A stretch of DNA of 64,000 bases, from positions 6,019-70,018 of the forward strand of contig JBAZVG010000001.1 of the NCBI GenBank assembly GCA_041661005.1, given 5' to 3'. A program made the position numbers and the translations under genes. The notes under the pieces were generated by a model. The model was not told where the DNA came from, ran no database searches, and saw only the letters and a list, made by a program, of their open reading frames with translations. Origin of the DNA: Minisyncoccota bacterium. Its GTDB lineage: Bacteria > Patescibacteriota > Minisyncoccia > Phycocordibacterales > UBA9973. Positions 7,936-15,725 of the stretch are shown here, one piece after another; the first letter of the stretch is position 1, and each line of letters starts with the position of its first letter.

Positions 7936-8913
7936 ATGAATTATACAGATAGAGTATATGGAAGTTGCGAAATCACAGAACCTGTAATTTTGGAGTTAAT
8001 AAACTCTCCAACACTACAAAGATTAAAGGAAATTGATCAAGCGGGATATTTTGAACCACATTTCCCCAATACCAGACATTCACGTTTTGAACACTCTGTT
8101 GGAGTATATTTGCTTCTAAAAAAGTACGGTGCTCCTTTAGAAGAGCAGATTGCCGGTCTTATTCACGACGTGTCGCATTCCGCTTTTTCACATTGTATTG
8201 ATTATGTTTTAGATGGAGGATCAGGAAAGGAACACAACTATCAGGATGATATTTTTGATAATTTTGTAAAGAAATCGGAAATCCCTGCAATTCTAAAAAA
8301 ATATAATTTTGACCAAGATTATATTCTTAATGATAAAAATTTTCCACTTAAAGAAAAAGATTTACCCGATCTGTGCGCGGATAGGATAGATTATTCTTTG
8401 AGAACTGCTCTTGTTTTTGGGGTAGAAAAAGACGTGGAATATTTCCTTGATAATCTCACAGCGGAAGATAAAAACTGGGTTTATAAAAATTTTGAAAGCG
8501 CTAAAAAACATGCAGAACTTTTTAATAAATTAAACAATTATTGCTGGGCTGGGCTTCCTTCTGCTGTTATGTTTCGTACTGTCGGAGATTATCTTAAATA
8601 TGCTCTCTCTAAAAATTATATTTCCGAAAAAGATTTATATACAACCGATAAAATTGTTCTTGAAAAAATAGAACCTTGCATTAAGAATGATTCGCAACTA
8701 AACTTGTTATTTGAAAGAATGAATAATAAAATGGGTTTTAAAAATGATCCAAACGATTATGATGAGAAGGTATTTTGTAAATCACGAGTTATTGATCCAC
8801 TCTGTTTACATAACGGAGAAATAAAGAGAGTTTCTGAAATAGATTCAGGTTGGGCTGATGTAATTAAGTTAGAATCAAAACCAAAGGAATATTTTTTAAA
8901 GTTTGATAAATAA
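7936..8913 (+). CDS. HD-domain metal-dependent phosphohydrolase
   Basis: H...HD signature: RFEHSVGVYLL ... LIHDVSHSAFSH. Confidence 0.7.
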   Translation: MNYTDRVYGSCEITEPVILELINSPTLQRLKEIDQAGYFEPHFPNTRHSRFEHSVGVYLLLKKYGAPLEEQIAGLIHDVSHSAFSHCIDYVLDGGSGKEHNYQDDIFDNFVKKSEIPAILKKYNFDQDYILNDKNFPLKEKDLPDLCADRIDYSLRTALVFGVEKDVEYFLDNLTAEDKNWVYKNFESAKKHAELFNKLNNYCWAGLPSAVMFRTVGDYLKYALSKNYISEKDLYTTDKIVLEKIEPCIKNDSQLNLLFERMNNKMGFKNDPNDYDEKVFCKSRVIDPLCLHNGEIKRVSEIDSGWADVIKLESKPKEYFLKFDK

Positions 8914-8918
8914 TTTTT

Positions 8919-9605
8919 ATGCCCGACGACCAAAATTTAACCCAAAACCCAATTTCTGAAGAAAACTCTATTCCAGCAAGCCCTCAAGAGCCTATGGCGG
9001 ATACACCTGTTTCTACACCAGATCCTACCCCTGCCGAAATGCCCCTAGAAGCCCCAGAAACCTCTATAAACGCAGATATACCCATTTCCCTCAATAATGA
9101 TAATCCCCAAAATGAGCCTATTTCGACCCCTAACCCTGAAGAAGTGAAACCCGAAGAATTGCCAGCCGAAGGCGGAAAAATCGAGGGAATAACTCCTGTT
9201 TTATCTGAACCTTTGCAAACCCCTGAACCCCGAACGGCTCAAATACCAGTAAATGAGCCCTTCGGGAATACTCAGGACAAGCCGTTGGAATCTGTGCCAG
9301 TTTCAACCCCGCAACCACAATCAGTTTCCGATCCGATTTTTGCTGAACCGCAACAAAATAAAATTTCTCTCGCCCGCGAGCTTCTTGTAAAAGCTAGAAA
9401 CATGATTCAGTTTCGAAAAAGAAAAAAGCTGGATCGTGTGATGTCTTTGTTTCTCCAACGCTCTAAAATTACAAACGACGAAGTCGAAAAGTTTTTGCAC
9501 GTGTCTGATGCAACTGCAACTCGATATCTCTCACAACTAGAAAAGGAAGGAAAAATTAAACAGAGCGGAAAAACTGGAAAAGCGGTTTCGTATTCCAGAA
9601 TTTAA
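8919..9605 (+). CDS. Pro/Glu-rich low-complexity protein with C-terminal winged-helix-like DNA-binding segment
   Basis: The N-terminal 150 aa are P/E/T-rich. The C-terminus is KITNDEVEKFLHVSDATATRYLSQLEKEGKIKQSGKTGKAVSY. Confidence 0.4.
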   Translation: MPDDQNLTQNPISEENSIPASPQEPMADTPVSTPDPTPAEMPLEAPETSINADIPISLNNDNPQNEPISTPNPEEVKPEELPAEGGKIEGITPVLSEPLQTPEPRTAQIPVNEPFGNTQDKPLESVPVSTPQPQSVSDPIFAEPQQNKISLARELLVKARNMIQFRKRKKLDRVMSLFLQRSKITNDEVEKFLHVSDATATRYLSQLEKEGKIKQSGKTGKAVSYSRI

Positions 9606-10404
9606 TCTGAATTTTTTTTGGGGAGTGATTCTCGCGTGCACGCACGGGTGGGTAGGCTCGCGCGTACTCGCGCGAGCTGGGGCAAGCACGAGTATTTCGC
9701 CTCGGGCATTTCCGCTAGGGTGTCCATGACTAAAGGACGAGTGCCTGACCCGAATTGAAATCCAGAAATCGAAAGCGAAAGCGACACACTAAACACAATA
9801 TTGAAAAACGTAGAGTGGGGATGGCGAGGGCAGACTCCGCCAGCAGGCGGAGAGCCCGACCCGGGGAGAGGAAACTTCCTCTCCCCAAGAAGCGCGGGAA
9901 ACCGAACGGCTCATTTCCTGGTATTTGAGCCGTTCCGGTTTTCCCGCTCATAGGCATCTAGGCACTCGTAGCCCTAGCGGAAATGCCCGAGGCGGATGCC
10001 GAGGGTGCACTCTCAAAACTCTCAATAACCACCAAAATAGAAAAATGGTATAATGCCCGAGACAATGTTTTGAATTTTGAATTTGAATTTCTCCTGCGGG
10101 CAGAATTCGGAATCTCGCCAAAAGACACAGCCGAGGAAAATGGAAATCTAAATCCCCAAAATATTTGTTTCCATTTTCCGAGTCCGTTTGAATTAGCACA
10201 TTAGTAGAGCGTGGTAGAAATATTGAAGAAAAGAAAAAAGTGGAGCGTAAACCTTGGTTCGCTTGGAAACTTTTACAAATTTCTGCTAAAGTAGGTTCTA
10301 GCGGTATCGTAAAGGTACTCCCTCGGTCGTAGATCTACGGGCGAGACCAGCCGATGTAGCTCAGCTTGCCCCGCCTGAGCTAGGCGGGGTGAAGTAGAGC
10401 ATAG

Positions 10405-10477
10405 GCCGATGTAGCTCAGTTGGTAGAGCATCGCTTTCGTAAAGCGAGGGTCGACAGTTCAATCCTGTCCATCGGCT
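10405..10477 (+). tRNA. tRNA-Thr (anticodon CGT)
   Basis: Manual cloverleaf: acceptor gccgatg/catcggc, D-arm gctc/gagc, anticodon stem tcgct/agcga, loop ttCGTaa, T-arm gacag/ctgtc. No encoded CCA. Confidence 0.85.
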
Positions 10478-10493
10478 CCGCAATAAAAATATC

Positions 10494-11411
10494 ATGGACA
10501 AAGAAAAAGATAAAAATGAAATAGAAAATGAGATAGAAAGACTTGAGGTGCAAATGCTTGCGCCGGATTTTTGGAGTGATAAAGCTAAAGCTCAGAATAT
10601 TTTGAAAGAAATTTCCGATTTGAAAAATAAAAAAGAAGGCTTAGGAAAATACGATAAAGGTAACGCAATTATCACTATAATTTCCGGTGCGGGTGGGGAT
10701 GATGCCGAAGATTTTTCGAGCATGCTTCTCTCAATGTATATGAAGTATGTGAATAAAAAGGGATGGGATATTTCTTTTATTCATGAACACAAGAATGATC
10801 ATAATGGATACAGGAATGTATCTTTTGAAATAAAGGGGAAAAACCCGCCTAGACTCGGCGAGGCTGGTGTTTATGAAACGCTAAAGAACGAGGGAGGGGT
10901 GCATCGTCTTGTGCGGATTTCGCCTTTTAACGCGAAAAAATTAAGACATACTTCTTTTTCCTTGGTTGAAGTTTTACCTAAGTTTTCTAAACTTGAAGAA
11001 CATGATATCGTGATACCCGATGCTGATTTGAAAATTGAATTTGCGCGTTCTTCGGGTCCAGGGGGACAAAATGTTAACAAGAGGGAAACAGCTGTTCGTA
11101 TAGTTCATATCCCTACGGGAATTTCTGTTCACGCATCCGGAGAACGTAGCCAAGAGCAAAATCGTGAACAAGCTATGGCAATTCTCCGAGCGAAAATTTT
11201 CAAAAAGGCCCAAGAAGAAAAAAAATCAGTGGAAGAAAGTATGAAAATAAATAAAGGTACAGAGATAGAATGGGGAAATCAGATTCGCTCATATGTGTTG
11301 CATCCGTATAAAATGGTCAAAGATCATAGGACTGAAGCTGAAACTTCAAATATTGACGCTGTTTTAGATGGAGGACTTGATATTTTCATTGAGGCAGAAA
11401 AGAATTTGTGA
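10494..11411 (+). CDS. prfB: Peptide chain release factor 2
   Basis: SPF tripeptide (RISPFNAKK) and GGQ motif (SGPGGQNVNKRETAVRIVHIPTGI). It starts 17 nt after tRNA-Thr, and no upstream +1 frameshift segment is present. Confidence 0.85.
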   Translation: MDKEKDKNEIENEIERLEVQMLAPDFWSDKAKAQNILKEISDLKNKKEGLGKYDKGNAIITIISGAGGDDAEDFSSMLLSMYMKYVNKKGWDISFIHEHKNDHNGYRNVSFEIKGKNPPRLGEAGVYETLKNEGGVHRLVRISPFNAKKLRHTSFSLVEVLPKFSKLEEHDIVIPDADLKIEFARSSGPGGQNVNKRETAVRIVHIPTGISVHASGERSQEQNREQAMAILRAKIFKKAQEEKKSVEESMKINKGTEIEWGNQIRSYVLHPYKMVKDHRTEAETSNIDAVLDGGLDIFIEAEKNL

Positions 11412-11573
11412 TAGAATGTAATGGAAGCGAAAGTAATTTTTAAAATGCAATCTATCTAGCAAAGCTTTGCTAGCGAACTACTCGTCAATCAAGAAAATAA
11501 TAAATAGAGTACTATTTTTATTTTCTAATTTCCTGTGCAAGGCATTTTAAAAACTCTTTCGTTTCCATTTAAC

Positions 11574-12242
11574 ATGATTTATTTCAACAATGTTTCAAAA
11601 GCTTATAGAGATGGGTTAGCATTAGACGATGTTACTTTTACAATCGTCGCTGGAGAGTTTGTCTCTATTGTCGGACATTCAGGCGCTGGCAAGACGACTC
11701 TCACTAAAATGATTTTAGCAGATGAAAATCCTTCAGGTGGGACAGTTTTTTTTGAATCCATCAATGTGCATAAATTAAAAAGCAAAGACTTGACCAAGCT
11801 CCGTAGGCGCATCGGAGTGGTATTTCAAGATTTCAAATTATTGCCAAATAAAACCGCTTACGAAAATATCGCTTTTGCGATGGAAGCAGTCGGCAAGACT
11901 GACGAGGAAATAGCCTCTGATGTTCCACATGTTTTAGAATTAGTTGATTTAAGCCATCGTCTTTTTCACTTTCCAAATCAAATGTCTGGAGGCGAACAGC
12001 AGAGGCTCGCTATCGCTCGCGCTATTATCAATCAGCCCGAGCTTATCATCGCCGATGAGCCGACGGGGAATTTGGATCCGATAAATACGCATGAAATAGT
12101 GCAAATTTTAAAAAAAATAAATGATTTGGGCACTACGGTGATCTTAGCCACCCACAATCGCGGAGTGATCGATTCGATCGGCAAGAGAGTTATTACAATG
12201 GAAAATGGCAAAGTTATTCGAGATACGAAGAATGGGAAATGA
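11574..12242 (+). CDS. ftsE: Cell-division ABC ATPase FtsE
   Basis: Walker A GHSGAGKTTL, ABC signature LSGGEQQRLAIARAI, Walker B LIIADEPTGNLD; followed by ftsX. The ORF track opens at 11535; Met at 11574 (MIYFNNVSKAY) is chosen as the start. Confidence 0.8.
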   Translation: MIYFNNVSKAYRDGLALDDVTFTIVAGEFVSIVGHSGAGKTTLTKMILADENPSGGTVFFESINVHKLKSKDLTKLRRRIGVVFQDFKLLPNKTAYENIAFAMEAVGKTDEEIASDVPHVLELVDLSHRLFHFPNQMSGGEQQRLAIARAIINQPELIIADEPTGNLDPINTHEIVQILKKINDLGTTVILATHNRGVIDSIGKRVITMENGKVIRDTKNGK

Positions 12243-12252
12243 ATGATATAAT

Positions 12253-12339
12253 AGACGTGGAATGACTTTTTATCAGGTCCTCGGTTCTCTGGGGCCCCGC
12301 GCCCCAGCCAGACCGTTCTAAAAAGTCATTCCACGTCTA
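12253..12339. repeat. Palindromic element: 19-bp perfect inverted repeats (tagacgtggaatgactttt / aaaagtcattccacgtcta) flanking a 48-nt GC-rich core; fills the ftsE-ftsX spacer
   Basis: Read directly. The core tcaggtcctcggttctctggggccccgcgccccagccagaccgttc is ~90% identical to the core at 51798..51843. Confidence 0.6.
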
Positions 12340-12349
12340 TTAAAATAAC

Positions 12350-13267
12350 ATGACAGAATTAAAAAGAATTATCAAAGCTGGATTTATAAACTTTACCCGA
12401 GGTGGGTTGGTCTCTTTTGCAGCCGTTTTAGTGGTTACGATTACTCTTTCTGTTGTCACTTCCATTATTTTGTTGCAGGCGGTGCTGTATTCTTCACTCA
12501 GCACCATAAAAGACAAAGTGGATGTCGCGATTTATTTTACTGTAGATGCGCCCGAAAACAGGATTATGCTCTTGAAAGAATCTCTCTTGAAACTGCCAGA
12601 AGTGGCAAGCGTTTCCTATACCAGTAGTGAAGAAGCGTTAAGGCTTTTCCGCGCTCGCCATGAAAACGATTACCCGACAATCGCTGCTCTCGACGAGATA
12701 GGTAGCAATCCGCTTGGCGCTTATTTGAATGTCAAAGCGCGGGAGATTTCTCAATATGAAAGTATCGCGAATTTCATGAAAGGGGACAATGCTTTGGTTT
12801 TAGGCTCAGCCAATATCATAGATAAAGTAAATTATTATAAAAATAAGTTAGTGATAGACCGACTGAACTCCATAATATCTGGCGCGCAGAAGCTCGGATT
12901 CCTTGTTACGTTGATTTTAGTAATTATTTCTATTATTATCACTTTCAACACAATCCGGCTGACTATTTTTATCGCTAAAGAAGAAATCGGTGTCATGCGT
13001 CTTGTGGGAGCTTCTAAAATGCGCGTTCAGGGGCCTTTCATGATTGAAGGAGCAATTTATGGCGTTATCGCTACCATCATAACACTAGTCATCTTTTTGC
13101 CGATTACTGCATGGCTCGGGCGCAATATGACGAATTTTTTAGGGTTTGATGTTTACAACTACTACATTTCAAATTTCTTTCAAATTTTTGCAATTATTTT
13201 ATTATCAGGTATACTCTTTGGAGTGATTTCAAGTTTCTTGGCGGTCAGAAGATATTTGGATAAGTAA
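12350..13267 (+). CDS. ftsX: Cell-division permease-like protein FtsX
   Basis: 305 aa with one N-terminal TM, a large extracytoplasmic loop and three C-terminal TMs. Immediately downstream of ftsE. Confidence 0.75.
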   Translation: MTELKRIIKAGFINFTRGGLVSFAAVLVVTITLSVVTSIILLQAVLYSSLSTIKDKVDVAIYFTVDAPENRIMLLKESLLKLPEVASVSYTSSEEALRLFRARHENDYPTIAALDEIGSNPLGAYLNVKAREISQYESIANFMKGDNALVLGSANIIDKVNYYKNKLVIDRLNSIISGAQKLGFLVTLILVIISIIITFNTIRLTIFIAKEEIGVMRLVGASKMRVQGPFMIEGAIYGVIATIITLVIFLPITAWLGRNMTNFLGFDVYNYYISNFFQIFAIILLSGILFGVISSFLAVRRYLDK

Positions 13268-13285
13268 GGTATTACACAATAAAAC

Positions 13286-14932
13286 ATGTCAAAAAAACAA
13301 ACAAAATATATTTTTGTGGCGGGGGGAGTTATGTCTAGTGTCGGCAAAGGCGTTGCGGCCGGTTCTATAGGCAGAATTCTTCAAGCTCGAGGTCTAAAAG
13401 TTACTGCTCTCAAAATCGATCCTTATGTAAACGTTGATGCTGGCACGATGAATCCCACCGAACACGGTGAGGTTTTTGTTTTGGATGACGGGATGGAGTG
13501 TGATCAAGATATGGGTAATTATGAGAGATTTATGGGAGCCAATCTTGACCGAGACAATTACATGACAACGGGTAGTATATATCTTGAAGTTATTCAAAAA
13601 GAAAGAAATCTGGAATATGGTGGAAGATGCGTCCATGTGGTGCCGGATATACCTCTTGAGGTTATTTCGAGAATTCAAAAGGCGGCAAAGAAAGCAAGCT
13701 CGGATGTAGTGATTATCGAAATTGGGGGAACTATCGGTGACTATCAAAATGTTCTTTTTCTCGAGGCGGTGCGAATGCTTAAATTTACAAATCCAAAAGA
13801 CGTCTTACTCGCTCTCGTTACTTATGTACCGACTATTGGTGGAGGAGGTAATGAACTAAAAACGAAGCCTACCCAACACGCTGTGCGTTATTTGAATAGT
13901 TGCGGATTGCATCCGGATTTAGTTCTGGCTCGAGCGCCTGTTTTGATCGACGATAAGCGCAAAGAAAAATTGGAATTTATGTGTGGTTTAGAAAAGGGAA
14001 GCATTATGTCCGCTCCGGATGTGAAAAATATTTATGAAATTCCTATAAATTTTGAAGATGAAGGTTTGACTGATTGGCTTCTTAAAAAACTCAATCTCAA
14101 ACCAAAACAACACGATTTGAAAGAGTGGAGAGCGATGGTTTCCAAAATTAAAAATGCCACCAAACCAGTCCGTGTCGGTGTTGTCGGCAAGTATTTCAGT
14201 ACCGGAGAATTTGTATTGGAAGATTCATATATCTCGGTTTTAGAAGCTATTAAACACGCAGCTGGATCTTTAAACACCAAACCGGAAATAGAATGGATTG
14301 ATGCAGAACAGTTTGAAAAGAATCCGAAATCCTTAAAAGAATTAGACCAATTCAATGGCATAATCGTGCCTGGTGGTTTCGGTAGTCGGGGGATAGAAGG
14401 TAAAATTTCAGTAATTAAATACTGTCGCGAAAACAAGATTCCTTATTTTGGCCTGTGCTACGGAATGCAACTCGCAGTGACTGAATTTGCGCGACATGTG
14501 GTAGGCATGACAGATGCAAACACGACAGAAATAAATCCTGAGACTTCTCATCCAGTTGTCGATATCATGCCGGAGCAAAAAAAGAACCTGAAAGAAAAAA
14601 ATTTTGGCGCGACGATGCGTTTGGGCGCTTATCCCGCAAATCTTAAAAAGGGGAGTATCGCTTTCAATGCATATAATGTTTCTGAAATTTCTGAACGTCA
14701 TCGTCACCGCTACGAAGTAAATCCGGAATACATAGAACAAATACAAAAAGCTGGTTTGGTTTTTTCTGGAACTTCACCAGATGGAAGACTGATGGAAATT
14801 GCCGAGCTTCCTAAAAAAGATCATCCATTTTTCTTGGGCACTCAATTTCATCCGGAGTTAAAATCCAGACCGCTAAATCCGCATCCTCTTTTTGTGGCTT
14901 TCATGAAGGCTTGCGTTGCAAAGAAAAAATAA
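13286..14932 (+). CDS. pyrG: CTP synthase
   Basis: N-terminus KYIFVAGGVMSSVGKGVAAGSIGRIL. C-terminal glutamine amidotransferase domain with GLCYGMQL and the HRHRYEVN region. Confidence 0.9.
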   Translation: MSKKQTKYIFVAGGVMSSVGKGVAAGSIGRILQARGLKVTALKIDPYVNVDAGTMNPTEHGEVFVLDDGMECDQDMGNYERFMGANLDRDNYMTTGSIYLEVIQKERNLEYGGRCVHVVPDIPLEVISRIQKAAKKASSDVVIIEIGGTIGDYQNVLFLEAVRMLKFTNPKDVLLALVTYVPTIGGGGNELKTKPTQHAVRYLNSCGLHPDLVLARAPVLIDDKRKEKLEFMCGLEKGSIMSAPDVKNIYEIPINFEDEGLTDWLLKKLNLKPKQHDLKEWRAMVSKIKNATKPVRVGVVGKYFSTGEFVLEDSYISVLEAIKHAAGSLNTKPEIEWIDAEQFEKNPKSLKELDQFNGIIVPGGFGSRGIEGKISVIKYCRENKIPYFGLCYGMQLAVTEFARHVVGMTDANTTEINPETSHPVVDIMPEQKKNLKEKNFGATMRLGAYPANLKKGSIAFNAYNVSEISERHRHRYEVNPEYIEQIQKAGLVFSGTSPDGRLMEIAELPKKDHPFFLGTQFHPELKSRPLNPHPLFVAFMKACVAKKK

Positions 14933-14934
14933 GC

Positions 14935-15720
14935 TTAGAGTTTTAAATCTAATAGCCACTTCAGAAAAAGTTTCACTTCGTTCTGATTTTTCATGTACCA
15001 TTTTGCGGTACTGGTATTAGATTTTCCTACTCTGATAGTGATTCCCTTTGAAAGGGCATAGAATGCATCCTCATCTGTTTTACTGTCACCAATATAGATT
15101 GGCTTAAATTTGATTTTGTTTTTTTTGTTTAAGTATTTTAAGGCCAGTCTAGCTATGTCACCTTTCGTCCAATTTAAGCTAGGGACTATATCAATAGTTT
15201 CCTTATCGTGAAAAATTTTAATCACTGGTCTTTTTCTAACGTTTTTTAAAAATTTTTTTAACCATTTTTTAAAAAATTTCTTATCTTTAACTGGCATTAA
15301 ATGATAATGAAAAGTTACCGAGTATTTTTTTTCTTCTATTATCAACGATGGGTAAGTGTCTTTTATTTTTTTTAGAGTTTCATGAAATTGTTCGAGTTGA
15401 TCTGTTATAAGTTTTGGTAATATTTTATTTTTTAATTTCCCATCAAAATTCCACTCTAAACCATGACTAGCGCCATAGATGAAATTATTAACACCAACTT
15501 TTTTTATTATTACATTAAATGAACGTCCAGTGATGATAACAACCGGAAATACTTTGTTAATTTTTTTTAAAATACTTCGAGTCTCTTTTGTAATATAGGC
15601 ATTTTCAGGTTTTTTCACGATGGGAGATATGGTGCCATCAAAATCAAGCAAAAGAGCAATGTTTTTGTAATTTTTAATTACACCTTCTATTTCATGTAAT
15701 CTGGAGAATATGTACTTCAT
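14935..15720 (-). CDS. otsB: Trehalose-6-phosphate phosphatase (HAD family)
   Basis: LLLDFDGTISPIV (DxDGT motif I), ITGRS, GDSKTDEDAF (motif III). Directly downstream of otsA. Confidence 0.75.
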   Translation of the reverse strand: MKYIFSRLHEIEGVIKNYKNIALLLDFDGTISPIVKKPENAYITKETRSILKKINKVFPVVIITGRSFNVIIKKVGVNNFIYGASHGLEWNFDGKLKNKILPKLITDQLEQFHETLKKIKDTYPSLIIEEKKYSVTFHYHLMPVKDKKFFKKWLKKFLKNVRKRPVIKIFHDKETIDIVPSLNWTKGDIARLALKYLNKKNKIKFKPIYIGDSKTDEDAFYALSKGITIRVGKSNTSTAKWYMKNQNEVKLFLKWLLDLKL

Positions 15721-15725
15721 TAGTT

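Noticed and set aside
9130-10204. ORFs 9130..9318(-), 9602..9796(-), 9730..9957(-), 9948..10199(-), 9983..10204(+)
   Set aside because: They overlap either the real PE-rich gene in antisense or the structured non-coding block 9606..10350. Arg/Pro/Leu-rich translations are driven by GC hairpins.
9606-10350. RNase P RNA, SRP RNA or group II intron in the long non-coding block
   Set aside because: No P4-forming GGAAAGUCCGGGCUCC / ACAGAACCCGGCUUA-like pair is present. No SRP domain IV consensus. No GUGYG...domain V (AGC bulged hairpin)...AY architecture. Left as unclassified structured DNA/RNA.
10460-10500. Programmed +1 frameshift site for prfB
   Set aside because: Only 17 nt separate tRNA-Thr from the ATG, and there is no CTTTGAC and no upstream frame. 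The gene is simply unshifted.
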